DNA from: Sphingomonadaceae bacterium
GTDB taxonomy: Bacteria > Pseudomonadota > Alphaproteobacteria > Sphingomonadales > Sphingomonadaceae
Direction of reading: 5' to 3'
Length of the DNA: 53,048 nucleotides
Assembly (NCBI GenBank): GCA_023384025.1
Contig: JAHDXX010000001.1
Coordinates: 1-53,048 of the forward strand
Both the position numbers and the translations under genes were made by a program. The notes under the pieces are model-generated. The model was given only the letters and a program-made list of their open reading frames with translations. It was not told the origin of the DNA and did no database searches. Below, piece after piece: positions 39,523 through 48,413 of this stretch. Positions within the stretch are counted from its first letter, which is position 1. Each line of letters begins with the position of its first letter.

Positions 39523-39771
39523 GATGAGTTCCTTTCGTGTCTGGTGGCTCGTTGCACCAAGAGAAAGGCCGCACGGCCAAGGGCAGGTTTCATGTCCAAC
39601 ACGGGTGACCCCAGCGGAGGCCGGGGGAAACCGGCGCGGGCAGGACATTGAAAGCTGACCGCGTGCGGCCAGTTGGGTGCTCAAGAACGATGCGGCCTGA
39701 TCGAAAGGCATCCAAACGCATGGCAAATCGCCAGACTTGCGCCCTGGGTCACTCTCGCCCAAACCTTCGCC

Positions 39772-40587
39772 ATGGCAATCGAGGACAATTCTCGGAAGCG
39801 CTGGAGCGAAGAGGAGACGGTGCTCGCGCTGTATCTCTACTTTCAGCTGCCGTTCGGGAAGCTGCACTCGGGCAATCCGGAAATCCAAGAGCTTGCCGCC
39901 GCGCTCGGACGCACGAACGGTTCGGTCGCGATGAAGCTGTGCAATTTCGCCAGCCTCGATCCAAAGATTACCGACAGCGGACGCAAAGGCCTGGACGGCG
40001 CATCCAAGCTGGATCGCGCCACCTATTCCGAGTTCGGCCAAGACTGGACCGGTCTCGTCTCGCGGGCGGAAGGCTTGTGGACTGCCCAGGTCCGGCAGTT
40101 CGAGCTGCCACCCCCGCCAGCGCGCCTGAACGAGAAGCGCAGTGAATTCCGGTTCGAACCCTACCAAGGCGAGTCCACTACACAGGCGCTTGTAAACCAG
40201 CGCGTCGGGCAGGATTTCTTCCGCCGCGCGGTGCTCGCCAATTACGAAGAGACCTGCTGCATGACCGGCATCGCCGATCCGCGCCTGCTCACGGCAAGCC
40301 ATATCAAGCCATGGGGCAAGGACAGCGACAACCGGCACAACCCCGCCAATGGCCTGCTGCTTTCAGCGACACTCGATCGCGCATTTGATCGCGGGCTCAT
40401 CACGGTCAATCGCCAACGGCGCATACGTGTTTCGCGGCAATTGCGCGAAAGCCAGAGCCGCGAGACGCGCGACTACTTCCAGCAATTCGAGAATGCGACC
40501 TTGCGCTCGGCAATCCGGTTCGATCCTGATCCTGCCTTCCTCGATTGGCACAACGAAAACTGCTTCATGGACCGTAGAGGAGCGTGA
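39772..40587 (+). CDS. HNH endonuclease (putative restriction/defence nuclease)
   Basis: CCMTG...LTASHIKPW...NPANGLLL...DRAFDRGLI; N-terminal WSEEETVLALYLY...AMKLCNFASLD helical domain. Confidence 0.87.
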   Translation: MAIEDNSRKRWSEEETVLALYLYFQLPFGKLHSGNPEIQELAAALGRTNGSVAMKLCNFASLDPKITDSGRKGLDGASKLDRATYSEFGQDWTGLVSRAEGLWTAQVRQFELPPPPARLNEKRSEFRFEPYQGESTTQALVNQRVGQDFFRRAVLANYEETCCMTGIADPRLLTASHIKPWGKDSDNRHNPANGLLLSATLDRAFDRGLITVNRQRRIRVSRQLRESQSRETRDYFQQFENATLRSAIRFDPDPAFLDWHNENCFMDRRGA

Positions 40588-40658
40588 CCTTGCGCGGCAC
40601 TTGTTCGATTTATCCCGCGTTTATTGAAAATTGTAAATTTGTGGGATAAATCGCGGCG

Positions 40659-41639
40659 ATGGCTGTGATCCAACCTTTCTCTGCCGAACAGGAGCGCGCG
40701 CTCATCAACATGCGCCAGCGCTATGACGCGTGGATCGAGACCGAGCGGGAACTCTATGCGATGCCATACGACCTGAGGCGCAAGAAGGTCGGCGATTACG
40801 AGTATCTCTATGAGATATTCGATCGCAGCGGGAACGGGAAAAGTCTCGGTGCCTGGGATGATGATAAGCAATCCCAGCTTGAGGAATACAAGGCTGCAAA
40901 GGCTGCTTTGAAGGAGCGCCGTGACGGGGCGCGGGATGCCCTCGGCGAGAGCAGCCGGATTGCCCGCGCGTTGCGCTTGCCGCTCCTTTCGGCGGACGCA
41001 GGCCCTATCCTTCGAGAGGCAGACAGGCGCTATCTTCTCGGCAGCCATCTGCTTGTGGTCGGGACAAACGCGATGGCCGCTTACGCGCTCGAAGCTGCGG
41101 GCACTTTCCGCGACGTGCCGGACGAAACAGAGGACTTCGATCTCGCCTGGGCGGCTGACGAACCTGAAGACGGAACTAAGCTTTGGGACATGCTCAAAGC
41201 GGTTGATCCGACGTTCACGATCAACACAGAACGAGAATTTCAGGCCCGCAACGCGAAAGCCTATGAGGTCGAAGTGCTGGTCGCACCATCGCGCGTTGCG
41301 ACGCTTGCCGGGAAGGATCGGCCACGACCTGTTCCGCTTCCCGAACAGGAATGGCTCCTGCCGGGTCGGCGGGTAGACCAGGTCGTCCCGTGTCGTGATG
41401 GCAGCCCGGCACGTATCGTCGCACCTGACCCCCGCTGGTTCGCGCTCCACAAACTCTGGTTGGGTGCTCAGGCAAAGCGGAACCCGCTCAAGCGGCGCAA
41501 GGACACGGTGCAGGGAGCGGCGCTGCTCGATGCGGTAGCCGAGGCGATGCCTCATTATTCATTGGGCCACGAGTTTGTGAACAGCCTGCCCGAGGAGCTA
41601 ATGCCCTATTGGAAAGAGTGGGCGAAGGCGCGCGGATAG
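40659..41639 (+). CDS. GSU2403-like nucleotidyltransferase-fold protein
   Basis: VVGTNAMAAY, TEDFD (DxD), PDPRWFALHKLWL, KRRKD. Confidence 0.75.
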   Translation: MAVIQPFSAEQERALINMRQRYDAWIETERELYAMPYDLRRKKVGDYEYLYEIFDRSGNGKSLGAWDDDKQSQLEEYKAAKAALKERRDGARDALGESSRIARALRLPLLSADAGPILREADRRYLLGSHLLVVGTNAMAAYALEAAGTFRDVPDETEDFDLAWAADEPEDGTKLWDMLKAVDPTFTINTEREFQARNAKAYEVEVLVAPSRVATLAGKDRPRPVPLPEQEWLLPGRRVDQVVPCRDGSPARIVAPDPRWFALHKLWLGAQAKRNPLKRRKDTVQGAALLDAVAEAMPHYSLGHEFVNSLPEELMPYWKEWAKARG

Positions 41640-41756
41640 GTCCTCAATTCAGTCACTCGGTTGGGGGCAGGATAATACATTTGGGGGCGCCAACGGGGGC
41701 CTTGCTCAATTAGCCAAGGTCAAGAATCTCGCAGTTTTGCGACGTTCCGAGAGGAA

Positions 41757-41775
41757 TTCGAGTCCACTGGCACCA
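41757..41775 (+). repeat. degenerate att site (tRNA-Leu 3' end remnant)
   Basis: TTCGAGTCC-a-CTGG-CACCA versus tRNA TTCGAGTCC-tctt-CTGG-g-CACCA. Confidence 0.65.
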
Positions 41776-41785
41776 TTCTTATATG

Positions 41786-42388
41786 TCAGCGAAGATGCCG
41801 TGAAGGACAGGCAAGTGCTGCGGCGTGTTCGGTTGGCACCCCCAGTCCGGTCAGGCCCAGCACCAGCATGTCGGACAGCCGCTGCGCGGCTTCTGCCGGG
41901 CCGGGCTGCTGCTCGACCAGGTTGATCACCAGGATCTGGCACAGGCCCAGCCAGTAGAGGACCTGCTCGCAGGCAGCATCGATATCCTGTTTCAGCCCCT
42001 TGTTGCGCGGGTGTGCGCGGGCCGTCGCCGGTGTCTGGCTGCGCAGCAGCACGACCGTGCGCCGGGGATGGTCGAGCGCAAACCGGGCTGCGACGCGCAT
42101 GCCGCCGGCGATCCGTTCGACAGGGTCTGCGATTCCGGCATTGGCGGCAGCAACCTCCATTTCGACGGCCATGCGCACTTCTTCGGCGACCGCGATGGCA
42201 AAGTCCTTCTTGTCCGCGAAGTGGTTGAAGAAGCTGCCCTTGGCTACGCCGGCCGCTGCCACGAAATCGTCAATCGGGATCGCGTCGATCGGCCGCTCGA
42301 CCATCAGGTCAAGCCCGGCTGTGAGCAGGGCCGCACGGGTGCGGGAGGTTCGGGCAGGGCGTGGTCGCGGGGCGGGTCGGGTTGCCAT
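41786..42388 (-). CDS. TetR-family transcriptional regulator
   Basis: RTRAALLTAG...IDDFVAAAGVAKGSFFNHFADK HTH. Confidence 0.9.
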   Translation of the reverse strand: MATRPAPRPRPARTSRTRAALLTAGLDLMVERPIDAIPIDDFVAAAGVAKGSFFNHFADKKDFAIAVAEEVRMAVEMEVAAANAGIADPVERIAGGMRVAARFALDHPRRTVVLLRSQTPATARAHPRNKGLKQDIDAACEQVLYWLGLCQILVINLVEQQPGPAEAAQRLSDMLVLGLTGLGVPTEHAAALACPSRHLR

Positions 42389-42401
42389 CCATCAAGCCTA
42401 C

Positions 42402-42443
42402 TTGACTAAACGGTCAATTGCAATCATTATGACCAAATAGTCA
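42402..42443. promoter_or_regulatory. twin TetR-type operators overlapping a sigma70 promoter
   Basis: Palindromes TTGACtaaacgGTCAA (42402-42417) and TGACcaaataGTCA (42430-42443); TTGACT-N17-CATTAT. Confidence 0.72.
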
Positions 42444-42467
42444 GATACGAATCGCAGGGAGAGCGCG

Positions 42468-43487
42468 ATGCCGGTCATCAGGGTGGAAGACATTGCCCAT
42501 GTGCGCTTTGCCGCGCCCGATCTGGCGGCAATGCGCGCATTTCTGGAGGATTTCGGATTGTCCTGCTTCGAGCAGGACGGGCGGCTTTATGGCCGGGGGA
42601 CCGATGGCCGCCCCTTTGTTCACGTGACCGAGCCGGGTGAGGCACGCTTTCTGGCGGTCGGCCTGCGGGCGGAGTCCGTCGCCGACCTTGAACGTTTGGC
42701 CACATCGGAAGGCGTACCGGTGGAAGATTTGGCGGAGCCGGGCGGCGGGCGGATCGTCCGGCTGACCGATCCCGACGGATACCGGGTCGAAGTAGTCGCG
42801 GGCCAGGCGTGCGAGGCGCCGACCGTGCCGTTCGCCGATCCACCACGCAACACGGCGGCAGAGCGCCCCCGGCAGCGGGCGAGCGTGCGCCTTGAGCCTG
42901 CCCCGGCCCACGTTCGCCGGATCGGCCATGCCGTGCTCAAGGTGCGCGACTTCCGCCGCAGCGAGGCATGGTACAAGGAACGGTTCGGGTTCCTGACGTC
43001 GGACGAGGTGGAAGCGGCGAAGGATGTGCCACTGGGCGCCTTCATGCGCTGCGACCGGGGTAACAAGCCGGCCGATCACCACACGCTGTTCCTCGCGCAG
43101 CTGCCGGGCGAACTCGGCCTGCTTCATGCCGCTTTCGAAGTCGCCAATCTCGATGACCTGATGCTGGGCCACCAGCACCTGAAAGCGCGCGACCGCGAAG
43201 CTGCCTGGGGTGTCGGGCGGCATATCATGGGTAGCCAGGTGTTCGATTACTGGAAGGACCCGTTCGGCAACGAACTGGAGCACTGGACCGATGGTGATCT
43301 GTTCACCGCCGCCGATCCGCCGCAGAAAATGCCGATGAGCGCGTTGCTCGCGGTCCAGTGGGGCAGCCCGCACCCGATGATGGCAGGCAAGCTCGCGCCG
43401 CCGCCCGGCCTGATCGCCTTCGTTACCGCAATGCAACTGCGCCTGAAGCGCCTCTTCCGCCGACAGCCCAAAGGAACCCCCGCATGA
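42468..43487 (+). CDS. VOC-family extradiol ring-cleavage dioxygenase
   Basis: IAHVRF, RIGHAVL, LLHAAFEV, WGVGRHIMGSQVFDYWKDPFGNELEH. Confidence 0.85.
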   Translation: MPVIRVEDIAHVRFAAPDLAAMRAFLEDFGLSCFEQDGRLYGRGTDGRPFVHVTEPGEARFLAVGLRAESVADLERLATSEGVPVEDLAEPGGGRIVRLTDPDGYRVEVVAGQACEAPTVPFADPPRNTAAERPRQRASVRLEPAPAHVRRIGHAVLKVRDFRRSEAWYKERFGFLTSDEVEAAKDVPLGAFMRCDRGNKPADHHTLFLAQLPGELGLLHAAFEVANLDDLMLGHQHLKARDREAAWGVGRHIMGSQVFDYWKDPFGNELEHWTDGDLFTAADPPQKMPMSALLAVQWGSPHPMMAGKLAPPPGLIAFVTAMQLRLKRLFRRQPKGTPA

Positions 43488-44323
43488 AACTCTGCACCTA
43501 CACCTCCGATGGACAGACCCGGACCGGGATCGTGGTAGGCGAGACTGTAATCGACACCGGCGTGCCCGGCACGATGATCGACCTGATCCGCGACTGGGAT
43601 GCGTTGAAGCCGCAGCTCGAAGCAAAGGCGGCGGCGGGGGTCGGGGTGCCGTTTGCATCCGTGAAGCTGGAGGCGCCGGTGCAACGGCCCGGCAAGATCT
43701 TTGCCATCGGGCTCAACTACGCCGACCATATCGAGGAATCGAAGATGGGCACGCCGGAACGGCAGGTGTGGTTCACCAAGGCCCAGACCAGCGTCAATGG
43801 CCCGTTCGACGAGATCGAAATCGCGAAAGGCACGATGACGGCCGATTATGAAGCGGAACTGGTCGCGGTGATCGGCAAGGGCGGCAAGCATGTCAGCGCC
43901 GCTGATGCCCCCGCTGCCGTGTTCGGCTATTGCGTCGGGAACGATGTGACTGAGCGGATGTGGCAGCATGCGGTGCCGCAATGGTCGCTCGGCAAGAGCT
44001 TCGACACGCATGCGCCGATGGGCCCGTGGATTGTGACTGCAGACGAGCTGGGCGACCCGCACGGTCTCGGCATCCGCTGCTTCGTCAACGGCGAAAAGCG
44101 GCAGGATTCGAACACGAAGCATCTGGTGTTCAATGTCAGGCAGCAGGTCGAGCACCTGTCAGTCGGGATGACGCTGGAGCCAGGCGACTGCCTGTTCACC
44201 GGCACCCCCGGCGGGATTGGCGCAGCGATGGACCCGCGCCAGTTCCTGCAACCGGGCGACGTGGTGCGGACCGAGATTGACGGCCTCGGCCATATCGAAG
44301 GCACGATGGTGGCGGAAGGCTGA
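43484..44323 (+). CDS. fumarylacetoacetate hydrolase family protein
   Basis: IGLNYADH, DYEAEL, GNDVTER, GKSFDT, TGTPGG. Confidence 0.93.
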   Translation: MKLCTYTSDGQTRTGIVVGETVIDTGVPGTMIDLIRDWDALKPQLEAKAAAGVGVPFASVKLEAPVQRPGKIFAIGLNYADHIEESKMGTPERQVWFTKAQTSVNGPFDEIEIAKGTMTADYEAELVAVIGKGGKHVSAADAPAAVFGYCVGNDVTERMWQHAVPQWSLGKSFDTHAPMGPWIVTADELGDPHGLGIRCFVNGEKRQDSNTKHLVFNVRQQVEHLSVGMTLEPGDCLFTGTPGGIGAAMDPRQFLQPGDVVRTEIDGLGHIEGTMVAEG

Positions 44324-44328
44324 TCGCG

Positions 44329-45366
44329 GTGGTGCGCAAGGTCCTGTTTGCGGCACTGGCGCTGCTGATTGCGGGTGGGTCACTCGCATGGTTCAACCGG
44401 GACAGGCTGGTGGACCGTGCGATCCAGGCGCGCCTGCAGCAGGAACCGGACACGAGCTTCCTTGACGACAAGGACAGGATCCGCGTGCTCGTATGTGGCA
44501 CCGGGTCGCCTGAAGTCAGCAGCGCGCGGGCGCAAGCGTGCACGCTGGTGGCGGCGGGCGGCAAGATGTTCCTGTTCGATGTCGGGGACGGCTCGGTGCA
44601 TTCCCTCGCGCAATCGCGCATTCCCGTCAACCGGCTGGAACGGGTGTTCATAACGCACTTCCATTCGGACCATTTCGGCGACCTTGCCCCGCTGATCAAC
44701 GCGGGCTGGATCTGGGGGCGCACCACTCCGCTGGAGGTGCAGGGGCCGATCGGGATGAAGCAGGTGCTGGATGGCATCGCGCAGGCCTATGCCCTCGACG
44801 AACAATATCGCAGCGCCAACATGCCGCATCTGGCCAGGAACCGCGCGGTCGCATTCGGTGTGCCGCTGGAAGTCGAGTTTGCAGAAGGCCAGCGCGCGGT
44901 GCGCGTTTACGACAAGGACGGCGTGACCATCGACGCGACGCTGGTGGCGCACGATCCGGTCAAGCCGGCGCTCGGTTATGTTTTGCGTTACAAGGGCCGC
45001 AAGGTGTTCGTCAGCGGCGACACCGAAGTCAGCCCGGTCAATTTCGAGGCGATGCGCGATGCCGACCTCGCGATTCACGAATCCTACGCAGCGCACATGG
45101 TCCGCCGTGCGATCCCGCAGATGAAGACGCTGGGCATGGACTTCGAGGCGGAAGTGGCGGAGCGCACCATTCCCTATCATGCCGACAACATCGCGCTGGC
45201 GAAGCAGGCAGAAGAAGCGGGGGTCAAGCACCTGCTGCTCACGCACCTGATTCCATACCCGGACAGTTTCGTGGTCCGCCGCATGTACACTGAAGGCATG
45301 GGCGAACACTTCAAGGGCAAGCTGACCGTGGCCGAGGACGGCATGGTGCTGGTGGTCGGCGAATAG
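44329..45366 (+). CDS. MBL-fold metallohydrolase (RNase Z/AtsA-like), N-terminally anchored
   Basis: CGTGSP, THFHSDH, SGDT, HES, LTHLIP; hydrophobic N-terminus. Confidence 0.87.
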   Translation: MVRKVLFAALALLIAGGSLAWFNRDRLVDRAIQARLQQEPDTSFLDDKDRIRVLVCGTGSPEVSSARAQACTLVAAGGKMFLFDVGDGSVHSLAQSRIPVNRLERVFITHFHSDHFGDLAPLINAGWIWGRTTPLEVQGPIGMKQVLDGIAQAYALDEQYRSANMPHLARNRAVAFGVPLEVEFAEGQRAVRVYDKDGVTIDATLVAHDPVKPALGYVLRYKGRKVFVSGDTEVSPVNFEAMRDADLAIHESYAAHMVRRAIPQMKTLGMDFEAEVAERTIPYHADNIALAKQAEEAGVKHLLLTHLIPYPDSFVVRRMYTEGMGEHFKGKLTVAEDGMVLVVGE

Positions 45367-45395
45367 GCTTGCGCGGTCTTAGGAAGGGGGGGGCC

Positions 45396-46472
45396 ATGAA
45401 AGTTGCGATCATCGGCGGCGGTTATGCCGGGTTCAATCTGGCCCGCCTGCTCGACACACTTCTCGACGTCACGCTGATCGAGGCGCGCGAGGCGTTCGTG
45501 CACAATGTCGCGGCGATCCGGGCGGCGGTGGAGCCTGCCTTGCTCGAACGGATCGTTCTTCCCTACGACCGTTTGCTCAAGCGTGGCCGTGTGGTGCAGG
45601 GGCGCGCAGTAGCGATCAAGGCAAACTGTGTGCAGTTGACGGACGGCACGGAGGTCGAAGCCGACGCGGTGGTAGTCGCGACCGGCTCTCATTACGCCGC
45701 CCCGTTCAAGCCGCAAGCCGACAGCGCGGCGGATTTCAGCGAGCAGATGCGGGCGGTATCAGCGCAAATTGCCGGTGCCGAACAGGTCGTGATCGTCGGC
45801 GCGGGCGCAGTCGGTGTCGAGCTGGCTGGCGAAATCAAGGCGGCATACCCCGCCAGACAGGTCGCACTGGTGTCAGACCAGCCGCAGCTGTTCCCGATGT
45901 ATCCTGTCAAGCTGCATGACCGGCTGGTCGAGCGGCTGGCCGCACTCGGTGTGGCGTTGCATCTGGGGCAGGCGGCAAGCGGTCTGGCGCAAGTCTCCGC
46001 GCCTTACGATGGCGCAGTCACGCTCGCTGACGGGACGCAGCTTGTTGGCCTGATCGTCCCCGCAACTGGTGGGCGGATCGCGGAATCCCCGGCTCATGTG
46101 CTGCCGGGCACTGTCCGCCAGCACAATGGACAGCTCGCGGTCGACGCATGGCTGCGTCCGTCCAGTCTGCCGCGGGTATTCGCGATCGGTGATCTGGCGG
46201 CAACCGGTGAGGGGATGACGGTGGTCTCGACCATGCGCCAGACCCCGTGGCTGGCGAAGACCCTGCGCAAGCTCGCCCAAGGGACCACGCTCGAGGATCT
46301 GCCGCCATATGCGCGCTGGAAAGTGCCACCGATCCTGCTCCCGCTCGGCCCTGCTCGCGGGGCAAGCGTCCTGCCGCTCGGGCAGGGGATGGTTGTGGGC
46401 GACTGGATGACGTCGATGATCAAGGGGCGGCACCTGTTCATTCCGCGCTACCACAAGGAGTTCGGGCGATGA
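45396..46472 (+). CDS. FAD/NAD(P)H oxidoreductase (AIFM2/NDH-2-like)
   Basis: IGGGYAG, VATGS, VGAGAVGVELAGEI, FAIGD. Confidence 0.87.
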   Translation: MKVAIIGGGYAGFNLARLLDTLLDVTLIEAREAFVHNVAAIRAAVEPALLERIVLPYDRLLKRGRVVQGRAVAIKANCVQLTDGTEVEADAVVVATGSHYAAPFKPQADSAADFSEQMRAVSAQIAGAEQVVIVGAGAVGVELAGEIKAAYPARQVALVSDQPQLFPMYPVKLHDRLVERLAALGVALHLGQAASGLAQVSAPYDGAVTLADGTQLVGLIVPATGGRIAESPAHVLPGTVRQHNGQLAVDAWLRPSSLPRVFAIGDLAATGEGMTVVSTMRQTPWLAKTLRKLAQGTTLEDLPPYARWKVPPILLPLGPARGASVLPLGQGMVVGDWMTSMIKGRHLFIPRYHKEFGR

Positions 46473-47920
46473 ATTTCGACTGCGACGTTCTCATCGCCGG
46501 GGGCGGGCCGACCGGGGTGACGCTGGCTGTCCTGCTCGCGCGGCGCGGGGTCAGGGTGATTGTCGCGGAGAAGGAAGCGGACATCTACCCGTTGCCGCGT
46601 GCAGCCCATATCGATCATGAATGCATGCGCATCCTGCAAGAGGCCGGGGTGGCGGGCGAGGTCATGGCGGGCAGCCGCCGCGCCTCGCGCTACGATTTCC
46701 TCAACGCCAAGGGCGACGTGCTCCTCCGGTTCGAAGGCGCGGAGCAGATCGGGGCGGGCGGATGGCCGGTCGCCAACATGATTCACCAGCCTTCGGTCGA
46801 AGCAGCATTGCGGCGAGTGCTGGCAGGTCACGACAATGCGGTACTGCACAGCCGGTGGGAACTCAACGGGTTCAGCGATGATGGCGAAGGCATCACCGCG
46901 CGGCTGGCCACGCCCGGTGGCGAGCAGGTCGTGCGCGCGCGTTACCTTGTCGGGGCCGACGGAGCCCGCTCGCCGGTGCGGGAGACCTCCGGTATCGTCT
47001 TCGACGACCTGAACTTCGAAGAGCCGTGGCTGGTGGTGGATGTGCTGGTCGATGACTACGCCCGCTTGCCAGCCGAGAACCTGCAGATCTGCGATCCCGA
47101 ACGCCCGACCACGTGCGTGCTGATGGGGGAAGGACGGCACCGGTGGGAGTTCATGATCAAGCCGGGCGAAACGGCAGAGCAGGTCAGCGAGGACGCCTTT
47201 ATCGAGATGCTGCTTGAACCCTGGAATGTGAAAGGGGCGGTGCGGATGGAGCGCAAGGCGGTCTACACGTTCCGCGCGCGGGTGGCGCAGAAATGGCGCA
47301 AGGGCCGGGTCCTGCTGGCGGGCGATGCGGCGCACCAGACGCCGCCCTTTGCCGGGCAGGGCATGTGCGCCGGTCTGCGCGATGCTGCCAATCTGGCGTG
47401 GAAGCTGGCGGCAAGGGTGAATGGCGGCGCGCCGGATGGCCTGCTCGACAGCTATCAGGTCGAGCGCGAACCCCATGTCCGCGCGACCATCGCGATGGCG
47501 ATCATGATGGGGCGGACCGTCTGCATCACGAGCAAGTGGGGTGCGTTCCTGCGCGACATGAAATTCCGCCTTGCCCGCGCTCTCGGCAAATTGCCGGACG
47601 GCCCGCCCGCCTATCCACCGATAACGCGCGGAGCGATCATGACGGATAGCGCCGGTGCAGGCGCCTATTTCCCGCAGACCGTGACCCAGGATGGCGCGCG
47701 GCTCGACGACATGTTGGGGCATGACGCCAGCCTGATCGAGCGGGCCCGGCTGGCAGAACTTGGGCCGTTTGCCGACGGAGTCCTGAACTGGCTGGATGCG
47801 GCGGGCACCGACGCCGTGCTGGTCCGACCGGACCGGGTCGTATTCGGCAGCGGAGACCCTGGGGCCTTGCGCACGAGCTGGCACAAAGCAACCGGGGGAT
47901 GCCCTGCGCAGGTTTGCTAG
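46469..47920 (+). CDS. MhpA-like FAD-dependent aromatic hydroxylase
   Basis: GGGPTG, LPRAAHIDHE, GADGARS, GDAAHQTPPFAGQGMCAGLRDAANLAWKL, VRPDR. Confidence 0.9.
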   Translation: MNFDCDVLIAGGGPTGVTLAVLLARRGVRVIVAEKEADIYPLPRAAHIDHECMRILQEAGVAGEVMAGSRRASRYDFLNAKGDVLLRFEGAEQIGAGGWPVANMIHQPSVEAALRRVLAGHDNAVLHSRWELNGFSDDGEGITARLATPGGEQVVRARYLVGADGARSPVRETSGIVFDDLNFEEPWLVVDVLVDDYARLPAENLQICDPERPTTCVLMGEGRHRWEFMIKPGETAEQVSEDAFIEMLLEPWNVKGAVRMERKAVYTFRARVAQKWRKGRVLLAGDAAHQTPPFAGQGMCAGLRDAANLAWKLAARVNGGAPDGLLDSYQVEREPHVRATIAMAIMMGRTVCITSKWGAFLRDMKFRLARALGKLPDGPPAYPPITRGAIMTDSAGAGAYFPQTVTQDGARLDDMLGHDASLIERARLAELGPFADGVLNWLDAAGTDAVLVRPDRVVFGSGDPGALRTSWHKATGGCPAQVC

Positions 47921-48006
47921 CGATTAAGCATAGCCTCTGTCCGCTGGTTCAATACCTTTCGCGCAATCAGATAAATGCAAGTTGTGACGCGACCAGGCCG
48001 GCCTTG

Positions 48007-48354
48007 CTAGCCAATTGGCAGGGTATCGTGCTCCTCCACCGTGCTCGCTGAATGATGCCACATTCGGCACAACTCGATTCGCCGGGTGATTCCAAGCTTT
48101 GCAAAGACCTGGCGCAGGTGGCTTGAAACAGTCCACGGGCTGATGTCCAGCGAGCGGGCGATTTCCTTGTTTGACAGGCCTTCGTAGACTCCAATCGCAA
48201 TCTGGCATTCCCGTGGTGTCAGGACGCGGTCAAGATGATGATCTTGCGCGAGAAAATCTCGATCAATCGGATTCTCGATCACTGCCGGTGCGGCCGGGTC
48301 CGAAGTTAACCCGGCAACCGATTCGTATCTCTTGATTTTCGCTCCGTTAATCAA
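48007..48354 (-). CDS. stand-alone LuxR-type HTH regulator
   Basis: LTPRECQI...GLSNKEIARSLDISPWTVSSHLRQVFAKL. Start uncertain. Confidence 0.82.
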   Translation of the reverse strand: MINGAKIKRYESVAGLTSDPAAPAVIENPIDRDFLAQDHHLDRVLTPRECQIAIGVYEGLSNKEIARSLDISPWTVSSHLRQVFAKLGITRRIELCRMWHHSASTVEEHDTLPIG

Positions 48355-48413
48355 TTTTATCCGTCCCGATTAATTGTTTCGTGAACGCGATCGGAAACTT
48401 TCGGTTATGTTTT

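Larger units (their letters stand above)
36575..41775. mobile_element. second, reduced integrative element in tandem
   Basis: Own integrase next to the att copy; degenerate tRNA 3' end TTCGAGTCCACTGGCACCA at 41757-41775; GGGGGC repeats near both ends (36704-36723, 41661-41700). Confidence 0.72.

Noticed and set aside
41950-41990. Possible short in-frame deletion in TetR (IDAACEQ|VLYWLG)
   Set aside because: The helix spacing looks short but cannot be supported without homologue alignment.
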